From Thermoproteota archaeon (GTDB lineage: Archaea > Thermoproteota > Thermoprotei_A > Sulfolobales > Ignisphaeraceae), in contig JAUQPB010000001.1 in the NCBI GenBank assembly GCA_030550585.1, positions 160,001 through 224,000 of the forward strand: 64,000 bases of DNA, given 5' to 3'. A program made the translations under genes and the position numbers. Below, piece after piece: positions 18,372-28,867 of the stretch (position 1 is its first letter; every line of letters begins with the position of its first letter). A model generated the notes under the pieces. The model saw only the letters and a list, made by a program, of their open reading frames with translations, was not told the DNA's origin and made no database searches.

Positions 18372-18431
18372 AATCAGAAGCGCCAGCCGTCATCACAATG
18401 GTGTTCAGATGGGGTTTTAGACACATCACTA
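18372..18431 (-). ncRNA. Box C/D sRNA
   Basis: Minus strand GTGATGT-GTCTAAAACCCCAT-CTGA-acaccatt-GTGATGA-CGGCTGGCGCTT-CTGA. Confidence 0.8.
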
Positions 18432-18515
18432 TCCAAATATCTGGGTTTCTAACCTCTGTTCCAACATTTAATTTGCACAGTTTATAAAAAACGAGTTGAT
18501 TGCTATACCACTGTT

Positions 18516-18725
18516 TTAAATTTCGACAATGTTTTTGCACACACTCTTTAGTTTCTCTAGTAATGCATCTACATTCTGAAGCTCCAATTTATATGTGTAC
18601 AAATATCTTTTTGTTCTAGCCTTAATCTTGGCAATATTCTTCTTGGGTATTCTCTTAACTCTGCATTCCTCAGCTCTCTTCGCTATCTCCAAAAACTCTT
18701 GTTCGTTTGCTACGAATATAGGCAT
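18516..18725 (-). CDS. rpl38e: 50S ribosomal protein L38e
   Basis: MP...EFLEIAKRAEECRVKR....AKIKARTKRYLYTYK. Confidence 0.9.
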   Translation of the reverse strand: MPIFVANEQEFLEIAKRAEECRVKRIPKKNIAKIKARTKRYLYTYKLELQNVDALLEKLKSVCKNIVEI

Positions 18726-18950
18726 CTCCAATTCACCAATTTAAGATAGCTAGTATAGCTTAAGACCGTTTCTTTTTAGGCGAGGATAATGGTTTATAAG
18801 TTTATCACCTTCTATTGCTGGTTGAGGATTCACAAGTCGTGGCTACCCTAGATTGTGATCAGTTTTGATTGTATTGGTTGTAGCGCTGAATTAAGGTTTT
18901 AAGAAAGCTTTTATGGCTGGGCATTGATTTGAGTGTTGTGCGGTGATCTC

Positions 18951-19949
18951 ATGCTTAATCAATATCTCGACTGGTATAACATGGTTGAAGAAGTTTTGAA
19001 GAGTGATGTTGTCAACGCTAAAGAGTATAGAGATGTGAAAAGAGTTGTCGTTGTTGGCATGGGTGGAAGTGGCATAGTGGGAGACTTTCTTAGTGTTATA
19101 GCACAAAACTATTCAAACATCCCACTAATCACATTTAAGGATTTCTATGTGCCGAAAGGTTTCGTCGATAGCAACACATTTGTGTTATCGATAAGCTACT
19201 CTGGCAATACCCTAGAAACTGTTGCTGCAACACTGCAGTTGCTGAAGAGGGGGATCCCAGTAGGTGTTGTTGCATCAGGTGGCGAGCTTGTGGATATTGC
19301 GAGAAGGTTTGGCTTGCCCTACGTCGTTGTGAGATCTGGGCTTGCTCCACGGTCGGCTATGCCCCTCATGTTGGTGGCCTCCATCAAGCTTCTCAACTCT
19401 TGTGGAATGGAGGTTGTGCCACAGGATACCTTAAGATCTTCTATAAGCATTTTGAGAGATACTGACCATGCAAAGAAGATTGGAGATGAGCTTGCAGACT
19501 TTTTGGAGAACTCCAAAATGCCTTTGATTGTAGCTACAAGCAAATATTCTTCACTCGCCATAAGATTTAAGAATGAGCTTAATGAAAATGCGAAGATGCC
19601 TGTAAAAATTGAGATAATACCTGAGCTGTTTCACAATGATATAGTTGGTTGGGAGAGGTTCCACGCAGATGATAAAGCAATAGTTATAGACTCTGATGTA
19701 GAGTACGAGAAAATGCTACTTAACTTCTATGCCGACTACCTAAAGGATATTGGATTCACGATATATTACCTCAAACTTAGTGGAAACATTATTGAGAGAC
19801 TCCTCTTCGGCTCTCTTGTAGCAGGTATAGCAAGTGTTAGAATTGCAGAGAAGCTTGGCTTTGACCCTCTACAAACAAGAAGTATAGTCAAATACAAGGA
19901 GTTCCTCAAGAAATATCGAGAAGATATACTAAAAAATATTTTAGGGTAG
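18951..19949 (+). CDS. Bifunctional phosphoglucose/phosphomannose isomerase
   Basis: GMGGSG, SYSGNTLET, PR, RFKNELNENAK, PELFHN. Confidence 0.92.
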   Translation: MLNQYLDWYNMVEEVLKSDVVNAKEYRDVKRVVVVGMGGSGIVGDFLSVIAQNYSNIPLITFKDFYVPKGFVDSNTFVLSISYSGNTLETVAATLQLLKRGIPVGVVASGGELVDIARRFGLPYVVVRSGLAPRSAMPLMLVASIKLLNSCGMEVVPQDTLRSSISILRDTDHAKKIGDELADFLENSKMPLIVATSKYSSLAIRFKNELNENAKMPVKIEIIPELFHNDIVGWERFHADDKAIVIDSDVEYEKMLLNFYADYLKDIGFTIYYLKLSGNIIERLLFGSLVAGIASVRIAEKLGFDPLQTRSIVKYKEFLKKYREDILKNILG

Positions 19950-19962
19950 GGCTATAGCAAAC

Positions 19963-20736
19963 TTAGGTTATATAATAATAAGGTCTTTTCTCCCCCTCTT
20001 TTCCGCCCTCCTCTCTTTGTTGAGCAAAGCTTTTTAGTACAAGCTCTACTTCCTTCTCCACACCCCTGCCTTTTGCTTCAAGATCTCTTGTATCTACCCC
20101 AAGACCCCACACACCATTTAGCAAGTCTATAATTAGCTTGGCGGCTGTGTAATCTACGTAATTTAGCTCAACAATACTTCTCCAAGTCTCTCCAAGCACA
20201 CAAGCACCGTCAATTCCAAACACCTTTGCCCACCCCACAATTATTCCATTCAATCCACTTATAACCCCCTCGTTAAGTGCCACTGCACCCTTCTCAATAT
20301 ATTTCTTTGCAACCTTCTCATTACTTCCAACAATAAACACCTTCCTATCGGTGACAACAACATCAGACACAAAGGCTGCTGCAGCTATAACCTCTACAAC
20401 ATTGTATTTCTTAAGCCTATTGAGAATATAGTAGCTTAGCATATGCTGTTCAGAATCATTAACGGGCTGGGAATCTCCCGTAACAACGAATATCCCGAGA
20501 TCGCCCACTCTAGAGACATATATTAGAACCTTATTGATATCGCCAACACCACTAGAATTGACAATTAGTTGTGCAGGGAAGCTGGTTCCATAGATAGATG
20601 CGAAAAGCTTTGCATCTAGAGAATTTATCAACTGTGTTGCAACAGTTTTTCCGACCAGACCCATACCAGGAAAGCCAACAACTACTATACTCTTCTTAAA
20701 ATCTATGTTGTTTTGATATTTAATAAATTTCCACAT
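19963..20736 (-). CDS. PAC2-family proteasome assembly chaperone
   Basis: GFPGMGLVGK, TGDSQP, ISGLNG, CVLGET, C-terminal YYYIT. Confidence 0.85.
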   Translation of the reverse strand: MWKFIKYQNNIDFKKSIVVVGFPGMGLVGKTVATQLINSLDAKLFASIYGTSFPAQLIVNSSGVGDINKVLIYVSRVGDLGIFVVTGDSQPVNDSEQHMLSYYILNRLKKYNVVEVIAAAAFVSDVVVTDRKVFIVGSNEKVAKKYIEKGAVALNEGVISGLNGIIVGWAKVFGIDGACVLGETWRSIVELNYVDYTAAKLIIDLLNGVWGLGVDTRDLEAKGRGVEKEVELVLKSFAQQREEGGKEGEKRPYYYIT

Positions 20737-20877
20737 GAACCAACCCCCAACACAAGATAGATTGCATCGCCAAAGGCTATAGCGGTTCTCAGTTAATTAA
20801 TTTTTAGGATACTATAGGATACTATGAAAATAGGTGAAGAAAAGCATATAAACCTAGAGCAATATTTGTGAGCATTA

Positions 20878-20951
<74 letters not shown>

Positions 20952-21004
20952 TATTCAAATAGTTTTGCGGATCACACCACTACTGCATCTGTAGTGTAGC
21001 TGCA

Positions 21005-21496
21005 ATGAGAATCGCCATAACGGATATTAAGTACATTGTTGCTATAATGCTTTCGGTGCCACTCATAGCATTGTATTTTCTATCCATGGCAATTCCAATA
21101 AAATTTGAAAGCAGTTTCATTGATAATCCAAGGACCGTTGCTGTAGCAACTTTTTACACAACGTTGGTATTGTTAATCGTTAGAGAATTTGTAGACAACA
21201 CGAAAATAAGGGATATGCTCAGCATTTTAGTGATTTCTATTGCGAGTTTGTACTCTTATATAGCTGGACTATATTTCGAATTGAATTATCTAGCAACACA
21301 AAAACATGTTGTAATACCACCATCTTTTGTATATATACCATGTTCTGATCCAAGCCGATGCAATAGCTATGCAGCACTAAGCATAAGCATACCGCTAACC
21401 ATAGAATTTATATTGCTAATATATGGAATAGTAGGCTTATCCAAGAGCCTATCATCGCATCATGCAGACGCTCTCCAAGAACCTACAACTACATGA
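21005..21496 (+). CDS. Hypothetical membrane protein
   Basis: About four hydrophobic segments in 163 aa. Confidence 0.7.
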   Translation: MRIAITDIKYIVAIMLSVPLIALYFLSMAIPIKFESSFIDNPRTVAVATFYTTLVLLIVREFVDNTKIRDMLSILVISIASLYSYIAGLYFELNYLATQKHVVIPPSFVYIPCSDPSRCNSYAALSISIPLTIEFILLIYGIVGLSKSLSSHHADALQEPTTT

Positions 21497-21587
21497 TCTT
21501 TGCCCCTCCAATCAGCCGTAAACAAGTATTTTTCGATCTTATTATATTCGACCGGTATAAAATATAGCATAGAAAATTTTAGCATGT

Positions 21588-22331
21588 CTATGATTTGCTA
21601 TCGCAATATTGGCAGGTATGACCAAATATATTTGTGAAGTCTATTACTGGTTTCAGCCCCATGCTATGAAGCGCTAAAGTGGTTAGTGGAAGTATCCTAT
21701 ACGAGTTCTCTACTATCACAGAATCTGTCGATGCAATAACGCTGTTTACAGCCATTGACACGGTTTTTGAGTCTGGTGTGGGAGATAGTATGAAAGTTAC
21801 CCTAGCTTCTTGAGAAACCTTGCGTAAGGTATTTGAAAATTCTCTCACATCATCTAGACTGTGACTAACATTTTTATCAGCAACAACAATTATTTCTGCA
21901 AAAACATTTCTATAGCTTGCCAGTATATTGGCAATTGTATTGAATACCCTATCCAATAGCTCTCTTTCGCTATCCCTTATTTTGGATCCTCTCAAATCCC
22001 TAACAAGACAGTCGTCACACAAGTATACATCCTCTGATTTAATCATTGTTAAAATGGTTAGTATTATATTGTAGAAGTCTATTACGAGAACATTGTTACC
22101 CAAATTCTCTTTGCTTGGACAGAAAAGCTTTCTAGCAGTCTCATGAACATATTTAGAGCTGTGAACGCATCTGAAGAGCAATAGCCTCTCATACTCGTTT
22201 AGCAGATAGTGTTGAGAAACAATGTTCAAAGCTTGCGATAGAGAATATCCTCTAGAAAGTAGGAACCTATAATCATGTGCCGCATCAAATATTGTGCTCA
22301 TTCTTATCCTTTTCCCACTGTCTACAGCCAT
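21588..22331 (-). CDS. DUF434-domain protein
   Basis: AAHDYRFLLSRGY, IDFYN, DCLVRDLRG, ASTDSVI. Confidence 0.85.
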   Translation of the reverse strand: MAVDSGKRIRMSTIFDAAHDYRFLLSRGYSLSQALNIVSQHYLLNEYERLLLFRCVHSSKYVHETARKLFCPSKENLGNNVLVIDFYNIILTILTMIKSEDVYLCDDCLVRDLRGSKIRDSERELLDRVFNTIANILASYRNVFAEIIVVADKNVSHSLDDVREFSNTLRKVSQEARVTFILSPTPDSKTVSMAVNSVIASTDSVIVENSYRILPLTTLALHSMGLKPVIDFTNIFGHTCQYCDSKS

Positions 22332-22419
22332 GTCCAGATCCCATTAAAATATGGAATCGCTCTAATGATGCACAACTTTAATAACTTCAATAAACTACAA
22401 ATACTTTTGTGTTTATGCT

Positions 22420-23382
22420 ATGCTATATGAAAAAGAAGAGAGCGATGTGAATATAAGCGAGGATGAGCTCTTAGAAATAGAGAAGGAGTTAGAGGAGCTG
22501 GAAAAGGGTAAAGCTAGTAGGAAAGGAGTTGGAGCAGAGGTAAGAAGAGAGACAAAGACTGTGGGTATAACAAGGGTTTCAACAGGTGTTTCCGAGCTTG
22601 ACAGAGCTTTGGAGGGCGGCATCCCGAAGGGGTCTTGGGTTGCTATAACAGGGGAACCTGGAACCGGAAAGTCTATTCTCTGTATGCACTTTGCTTGGGC
22701 AGGGATACTGGCTGGGGACCCAGTTGTCTATGTGACTACAGAGGCTGAGTTCAGAGATGTTGTTAGGCAGGCTAAGATGTTTGGTATGGACTTTGAGAGC
22801 TATAGGATATATGATATCTCCAGCTCTAAAGAACCTTCTGAAACGCCGAATATAGTTGTTATCGACATATTTGGCTTGCTCAAAATAGCTAGGCAGATGA
22901 GCGAGGCTATACCAACAGATGCTGAGAGTGCTAGGAAGAGAAGGTTTGCAGCTCTAGACATACAAACACTTGTAACGGCTATTCAAGAGGCCTACAAAAT
23001 ACTCGGTGTTTTGAAAGAGGGTGGAAAAACGCCTGCTAGACATGTTAGACTAGTTATAGATTCTATGAGCGCCTTCTGGGCAGATAAACCAGCTATGGCT
23101 AGGAGATATAGCTACGATCTTAAAATATCTACTCACAGAGAAAATGTGACAGCTTATCTGGTAAGCCAATACGCAATGACGACAAAGTCTACATTTGGCT
23201 TTGGCTTAGAGCATATAGCCGATGGCGTATTTCACTTATGGATGGATGATGTGGAAAGCTCGAAAGAGGTTAGAAGATACATGATAATAAAGAAGATGAG
23301 AATGACAAACCATGCAAAAAACGCATTCAAAGTAGACATAGTACCTGGAAAGGGATTCACAATAACGCCTTTAACTGAATAG
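22420..23382 (+). CDS. KaiC/RecA-superfamily ATPase
   Basis: STGVSELD..L.GGIP, GEPGTGKS, LVIDS, FGFGLEHIADG, KMRMTNH. Confidence 0.9.
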   Translation: MLYEKEESDVNISEDELLEIEKELEELEKGKASRKGVGAEVRRETKTVGITRVSTGVSELDRALEGGIPKGSWVAITGEPGTGKSILCMHFAWAGILAGDPVVYVTTEAEFRDVVRQAKMFGMDFESYRIYDISSSKEPSETPNIVVIDIFGLLKIARQMSEAIPTDAESARKRRFAALDIQTLVTAIQEAYKILGVLKEGGKTPARHVRLVIDSMSAFWADKPAMARRYSYDLKISTHRENVTAYLVSQYAMTTKSTFGFGLEHIADGVFHLWMDDVESSKEVRRYMIIKKMRMTNHAKNAFKVDIVPGKGFTITPLTE

Positions 23383-23405
23383 AGCATGAAACAATCAATT
23401 GTTGG

Positions 23406-23741
23406 CTAGTGGTTTTGTACCCTCAAAACCCTGTCTATCTTCATGATTATCTTATCCACAAGCTCTTCAATATTGTTTGAAAATGTGTATAGTCCGTGGG
23501 GCACATAGTCTAGGTAATCACATTTCCAGTAGGGCTCCAGAACATGTTGTGCATTTACAATTTTCGCATATATAGACCTAGACCCTTGATATATTCCAAT
23601 TATCACATGCGATCCCCTGACTTCTCCAAGGAAGAGGAGACAGTTATACTCTTTTTCTATTAGATAAACTTTCTCAAGCCCTTTTTGCTTGAGCAGATCT
23701 TTTATATGATTTGCATCTAGCAATTGCATCACTTTATACAT
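23406..23741 (-). CDS. Hypothetical protein
   Basis: 111-aa ORF filling the gap between opposite-strand genes. Confidence 0.65.
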   Translation of the reverse strand: MYKVMQLLDANHIKDLLKQKGLEKVYLIEKEYNCLLFLGEVRGSHVIIGIYQGSRSIYAKIVNAQHVLEPYWKCDYLDYVPHGLYTFSNNIEELVDKIIMKIDRVLRVQNH

Positions 23742-23777
23742 TATCGAAATTGTGGGTAGCTTTTTATATCCTTATCT

Positions 23778-25514
23778 TTGATTTTGTCAAGATGTGATGT
23801 ATTGATGCTTGATGGATTAGCGCTAAGGTATTATAGGTTTTTGAGGATTCCAACATCTATTGCAAGTAGATATTATGTAGCCTGTCTAGTTTTTCTTGCA
23901 CTACTTGTAATAGCTGATGTCTACCCCTCTATAATTAGTCGCTCAATTAATTTAGAGTTTATTTCTATGATAATAACCCTCCACATTGTTTCAATCGCTA
24001 TGTTGGCTACTTCGATGAAAGTTATGGTTAGATATATGAAGCTAAGACAGATAGTAAATGCTATGGTTATAACAACTGGTTTTGGCATACCCCTCGAATT
24101 CATCTCTTCATATATCAGGCTCTATGGAATATCATATGCTGTTACACCATTGATTGGTACAATCGCTTTTGTACACCTCGCTGGACTAGTTAATGGCATA
24201 GTATATACAACGGTTGTGCCTTTAGCTATAGAGACGATATTTTCTTATGTAAATAGGGAGAATCTAAAACTTCTGTTGCTGAGATATTCCCTAGCTGCTC
24301 TGATGCAGCTTGCCTCACTCACGGTTATAAGATCTTTGAAGAGGCGTAGAGGCTATGATGTGCTTAGAATAGCTAATGCATGGTTAAAATTTATGCTTTC
24401 TGGAGATGGAAGTGATTTGGAAGAGGCTCTTGATGATATTGGCGTGGAGTTCGATGCGCAAACAAAGGTGTTATTGTTTGATAGAGGGTCTGATGTTATA
24501 GCCCTAGTTACACCAACGATTCACTTTGGTCCCTATAGAACTATTGGAAGCACGCTTCTACCCTACGATATAGAGTCGGCGCTAGAGGGTAGAGGGTTCA
24601 AGGTTTTTGTATTCCATGGCGCAGGCTCCCATGAGTTGGATCTGACTAAGAGGTCTTATGGAACAGCGTTAGCTTCTGAGCTTTCTCTAAGATTGTCGAA
24701 AGATTGTAGGGATCTGTCAACAGAGTTTGCATATGAGCCATTCCGTGTTTTCAACGGTTTTCGCGAGGCAATGGTTCTGCAAACTGATACAACAGCAATG
24801 TTGATAATAACACCTGTTGCAGTGGGAGGCGATGATATGCCCTATGAGCTTCAGCCAATTGCTGAAGATGTTGCTAGATTGTATGGTTTTAGAGATGCTG
24901 TTATTGTTGATGCTCATAATGTAGAGGGTAAGAGGGATATCAATGTCTCATCTTTCAATTCACTAATAAAAGCCGGTATCTCAAAGAGAAGCAATATTTG
25001 TAAAGAGCTTTTAGTTGGCTATGGGGAATCGCGCATAAGGGATTACGTTAGGGGTGTGTGCAGGAACAAGGTGAAGGCGCTGACAATAAAATGTAATGGA
25101 AACTTGTACTCTATTGTATATCTCTATGGAAACAATGCCAAAGTAGGTGTTAGAGAGAATCTAAGAAAGATGATCTTAGAAAAGGGATACAAAGATGCTG
25201 AGATTGTAACCCTCGATGATCATAGCTGTGCTGGTATCACATTCGATGTCCCCTATCACAGCATCGACATTAGTAATGCACTCATAGAGTCTGCAAAAAG
25301 GGCTTTAGAGTCTTCTCTAAACGATTTAAAGCCTGCTTCATGTAAATACACAAAATATGTATTCAAAGTTAGGGTTGCAGGTAATAAAATCTTCGAGTTG
25401 CTAGATGTTGCAACGGATATTGGCTCATCTATTCTGAGGTATCTAAAAATATCACTACCTATGCTATACTCCTTGTGGCTAGTAGCCACAGTTCTAATAT
25501 TTTTGCATGGCTAG
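23778..25514 (+). CDS. DUF2070-family membrane protein
   Basis: N-terminal TM block, HFGPY..GS, HGAGSHE, DAHN, TLDDH. Confidence 0.85.
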   Translation: MILSRCDVLMLDGLALRYYRFLRIPTSIASRYYVACLVFLALLVIADVYPSIISRSINLEFISMIITLHIVSIAMLATSMKVMVRYMKLRQIVNAMVITTGFGIPLEFISSYIRLYGISYAVTPLIGTIAFVHLAGLVNGIVYTTVVPLAIETIFSYVNRENLKLLLLRYSLAALMQLASLTVIRSLKRRRGYDVLRIANAWLKFMLSGDGSDLEEALDDIGVEFDAQTKVLLFDRGSDVIALVTPTIHFGPYRTIGSTLLPYDIESALEGRGFKVFVFHGAGSHELDLTKRSYGTALASELSLRLSKDCRDLSTEFAYEPFRVFNGFREAMVLQTDTTAMLIITPVAVGGDDMPYELQPIAEDVARLYGFRDAVIVDAHNVEGKRDINVSSFNSLIKAGISKRSNICKELLVGYGESRIRDYVRGVCRNKVKALTIKCNGNLYSIVYLYGNNAKVGVRENLRKMILEKGYKDAEIVTLDDHSCAGITFDVPYHSIDISNALIESAKRALESSLNDLKPASCKYTKYVFKVRVAGNKIFELLDVATDIGSSILRYLKISLPMLYSLWLVATVLIFLHG

Positions 25515-25610
25515 CAATAGTCGTTGCTACAGAGAAGCAATTCAATGTCTAAGTATGTGAGACCTTATATAAATTCTAATTTGTTAAGCCATACTACCGA
25601 GGTTAAGATT

Positions 25611-26327
25611 ATGAGTATAACTGTAGAAAGTATTGCTCCAAATATTGGTCAAACCGTAACAGATGTATATGGAAGAAAACTTGGTGTTTTGGTTAGTGTT
25701 TACAGCGATTTTGATGGCAAGGTAACAGCTGTTGAGATAATGACAAACGATATGGTGTATGAAACACTGCCAGCTGAGAGACTAGAACATGGGATAGACG
25801 GCTTGAAGGTGCTTCCAGAGTGGCTTGTTGAGGCAAAAAAAGTTGAGCGAAAACTTGATGTGATTAAAAAGAGATTCAAGGCCATGGAGGAACTATATAA
25901 AAAGAATCAGATAGCTGCACATGCTTATAAGGAACTTAAAGAGAAATTCGCTAAAGAGATTGAGCGTATCAAGATAGAAACCAAAGGTGTTAAAGAGTTA
26001 TTGCGCAAAAGAATAAATGAGTTGGAAAACTTTATAATCCACATAGAAAAGGCTATGACACATCTAATGGTTAGCTACACAGCGGGAGAGATACCAGAAA
26101 ACGGCTTTAAGGTTTCAGCTGATTTCATGAGATTTGCTAGACAGGCTGCCGTAGATGAGAGAAAAGATTTGGACAAGCACATTGGTTTAATCGAGAAACT
26201 AGAGCAGGAACTAGCCTCCACAGTATCTGGATTAGAAGAACAGCAAACAATTGCAACACCTGCTCAAAACATTGCAACACAAGTATCTGCCACAACACCA
26301 ATAGCAGTAAAGGTTGTGAGTAGCTAA
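25611..26327 (+). CDS. cdvA: Cell division protein CdvA
   Basis: IGQTVTDVYGRKLG PRC-barrel N-terminus, coiled coil, C-terminal PIAVKV; first gene of cdvABC; TATA at 25565 and GAGGT SD. Confidence 0.9.
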   Translation: MSITVESIAPNIGQTVTDVYGRKLGVLVSVYSDFDGKVTAVEIMTNDMVYETLPAERLEHGIDGLKVLPEWLVEAKKVERKLDVIKKRFKAMEELYKKNQIAAHAYKELKEKFAKEIERIKIETKGVKELLRKRINELENFIIHIEKAMTHLMVSYTAGEIPENGFKVSADFMRFARQAAVDERKDLDKHIGLIEKLEQELASTVSGLEEQQTIATPAQNIATQVSATTPIAVKVVSS

Positions 26328-26347
26328 TATAATAACCAGTGATTTTC

Positions 26348-27226
26348 ATGGCTGTACCAGCTGGAATAATAGACCATTTTACTAAGATTATCGGCATCTC
26401 ATCACGTCGTGACCCCCAAAAAGGGGCTTTGGTATATATAGTTTCGTCTCTAAATGAGTTGAAATTAAAGTTAGAGGAGATCAAGAAGAGACTTAAAGAT
26501 AGAGATGATGAGTTGCTAACAAATGCTGTCAAAGCATTGAACATGAATGACAGGGAAAGAGCCTCGATATACGCTGCGGAGATAGCTGAAGTTAGAAGAC
26601 TTATGAAATTTGTTCAGATAGCCCTGCTGGCCATAGAAAGGCTGCTAGAACGTATGAAGACTATGAACATAGTTAACGATGTCAGGGTTCTGTCAACAAC
26701 TCTAGGTGTTTTAAACGAACTTAAGACAATGTTCTCTAACACAATGCCAGAACTGGCCTCTACACTCGATACCATTGTAACTAACGTGAATGCCATTGTT
26801 GCCCAGACCCAAACACCAGAATTCAATGTTAGTGTAACCACGAGAACCAAAGAGGTTGAGGAGATACTAAAAGAGATAGAGAAGCAAGCCGAAGAGAAGA
26901 TGAGAAGCACGCTAGCTCCTATACCAGTACAGCTAGAGAATGTTATTAATCAAATGGCAGGCCAGGAGATTATGAAACATTCAGAATTGATAGAGAGGGG
27001 ATCTACAGCCACCGCGATGGTGCCAACATCATTTACATACCAAAGACAAGTACCGGTACATGGCATCGATAGTGGAATAGAATATCAGATATACAATTAC
27101 ATAGTCTCGCACAGAGGCATGATAAGAGTAGATGAATGTGCACGTATTTTTGGTATTTCAAAGGACGATGTTATAGCCATTTTGAAACGCCTAGAACAAA
27201 AAGGTTTGATAAAAGTGGTTATGTAA
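26348..27226 (+). CDS. cdvB: ESCRT-III protein CdvB with C-terminal winged helix
   Basis: Snf7-like RASIYAAEIAEVR core; C-terminal IYNYI...G.IRVDECA...LEQKGLIKV. Confidence 0.9.
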   Translation: MAVPAGIIDHFTKIIGISSRRDPQKGALVYIVSSLNELKLKLEEIKKRLKDRDDELLTNAVKALNMNDRERASIYAAEIAEVRRLMKFVQIALLAIERLLERMKTMNIVNDVRVLSTTLGVLNELKTMFSNTMPELASTLDTIVTNVNAIVAQTQTPEFNVSVTTRTKEVEEILKEIEKQAEEKMRSTLAPIPVQLENVINQMAGQEIMKHSELIERGSTATAMVPTSFTYQRQVPVHGIDSGIEYQIYNYIVSHRGMIRVDECARIFGISKDDVIAILKRLEQKGLIKVVM

Positions 27227-27265
27227 CCTCATCATTTTTCTCACTACAAATTCAGGTTGATCGAT

Positions 27266-28402
27266 ATGAGTGGAGGGCGTGAGTATTTAGAGGCACTGGC
27301 CAGAAAATATGTCCATGAAGCTATGATGAATGAGAAGGTTGGAAATAAAATAGATGCTGCGAAGAACTATAAGAAGGCTGCTGAAATAATAATGATGATA
27401 ATAAACAACTATAAAAACGATCCGATGATACATATATACAAGAGCTTGGCCGAAAGCTACATTAATAAGGCGAAGGAGCTAGAAGAAGAGTCAAAGGTTT
27501 CTGTATCAATAGGTGGTGAAAAAGAGGAGACAGATGAGGATGTTGTAAAAGACTATGTACTGATAGAAAAACCCTCTGTTAAATTCGAGGATGTTATAGG
27601 ATTGGATTCGGCTAAGCAAGCTATAATAGACTCTATTGTTTATCCAACAAAGAGACCAGACCTATTCCCTCTTGGCTGGCCTCGAAATATACTCCTATAT
27701 GGTCCGCCAGGCTGTGGAAAAACATTGTTGGCAGCTGCTGTAGCCAATGAAATAGATGGGGTGTTCATGCAAATTGATGCGGCTAATCTAATGTCTAAGT
27801 GGTTGGGTGAGGCTGAGAAAAGAGTTGCTGCAATATTCAGATACGCCAGAAAGGTTGGAACGTCAAAACCTGTTATAATATTCGTAGACGAGGCCGACAG
27901 CCTTCTTGGAGTCTACGAGAATGAGATTGGTGGTGAGGCTAGGGTTAGAAACCAGTTTCTAAAGGAACTAGATGGCTTAGGGGATAAAGGCAAAAAATAT
28001 TTCATATATGTGATTGCTGCAACCAACAAGCCATGGAAGCTTGATATAGGCTTTTTGAGGAGATTCCAAAGAAGGATATATATACCACCTCCAAATAAAG
28101 AGGCTAGGAAGAGTCTATTCGAGTACTATACCAAGTTCTTCAAACTTGCTCCAGATGTAAACCTCGACCAGCTAGCAGAAAAGACGGAGGGCTACTCAGC
28201 TAGCGATATAAGAGACATTGTTTTAGAGGCTTATCTCAGAACTGTAAGAGAATTGTTTAGATCTAACAACATAAATGACAATCCAAGGCCCATAACAATG
28301 CAAGACTTTATAGAGGTTATTCAGCATAGAAAACCCAGCATCTCACCAGAGATGCTAAAACTCTATGAGGAGTGGGGTAAGAACTTTGGTGCCGTAGCTT
28401 AG
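27266..28402 (+). CDS. cdvC: Vps4-like AAA ATPase CdvC
   Basis: MIT domain, GPPGCGKT, SKWLGEAEK, FVDEAD, ATNKPWKLD. Confidence 0.94.
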   Translation: MSGGREYLEALARKYVHEAMMNEKVGNKIDAAKNYKKAAEIIMMIINNYKNDPMIHIYKSLAESYINKAKELEEESKVSVSIGGEKEETDEDVVKDYVLIEKPSVKFEDVIGLDSAKQAIIDSIVYPTKRPDLFPLGWPRNILLYGPPGCGKTLLAAAVANEIDGVFMQIDAANLMSKWLGEAEKRVAAIFRYARKVGTSKPVIIFVDEADSLLGVYENEIGGEARVRNQFLKELDGLGDKGKKYFIYVIAATNKPWKLDIGFLRRFQRRIYIPPPNKEARKSLFEYYTKFFKLAPDVNLDQLAEKTEGYSASDIRDIVLEAYLRTVRELFRSNNINDNPRPITMQDFIEVIQHRKPSISPEMLKLYEEWGKNFGAVA

Positions 28403-28459
28403 ACATCAATAAACTATAAATTGTTTACTATTGATAACAGTTCATTAGAATTTCATGCA

Positions 28460-28867
28460 CTAGCTCTTTATCTCTATATACTCAAGTAGCTCTGGAACAT
28501 ATTTAAGCACATCATCGATTGTAACTATTCCCATAACCCTCCCAGCATTGTTAACAACTGGTATATGACCGTGTCCTGTACCTATCATGAGGTTTATAAC
28601 ATCTTTGAGAGGTGTATTGGGCTCTACAACGGTGACAGGTCTAGAGAGTATCTGGGTGATTTTGGTTGATTTGGGGTCTAACCCCTTGGCAAAGACTTTT
28701 ATCACAATATCTTTTGCTGTTACAACGCCGAAAACAACATCATTTTCATCAACAACTATTAGCGAGGCAATGTTGTATCTCTCCATCACCTTTATCGCGT
28801 CATATACCGTTGCATCTACTTTTACACAAATTGGGTTGGGCACCATTATGTCAGATGCTCTAAGCAT
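28460..28867 (-). CDS. CBS-domain protein
   Basis: Two CBS repeats (GVVTAKDI, GIVTIDDV). Confidence 0.9.
   Translation of the reverse strand: MLRASDIMVPNPICVKVDATVYDAIKVMERYNIASLIVVDENDVVFGVVTAKDIVIKVFAKGLDPKSTKITQILSRPVTVVEPNTPLKDVINLMIGTGHGHIPVVNNAGRVMGIVTIDDVLKYVPELLEYIEIKS

Noticed and set aside
18304-18540. 78-aa minus-strand ORF and the upstream extension of the JAB ORF
   Set aside because: Overlaps a well-formed C/D sRNA and promoter elements; no protein motif.
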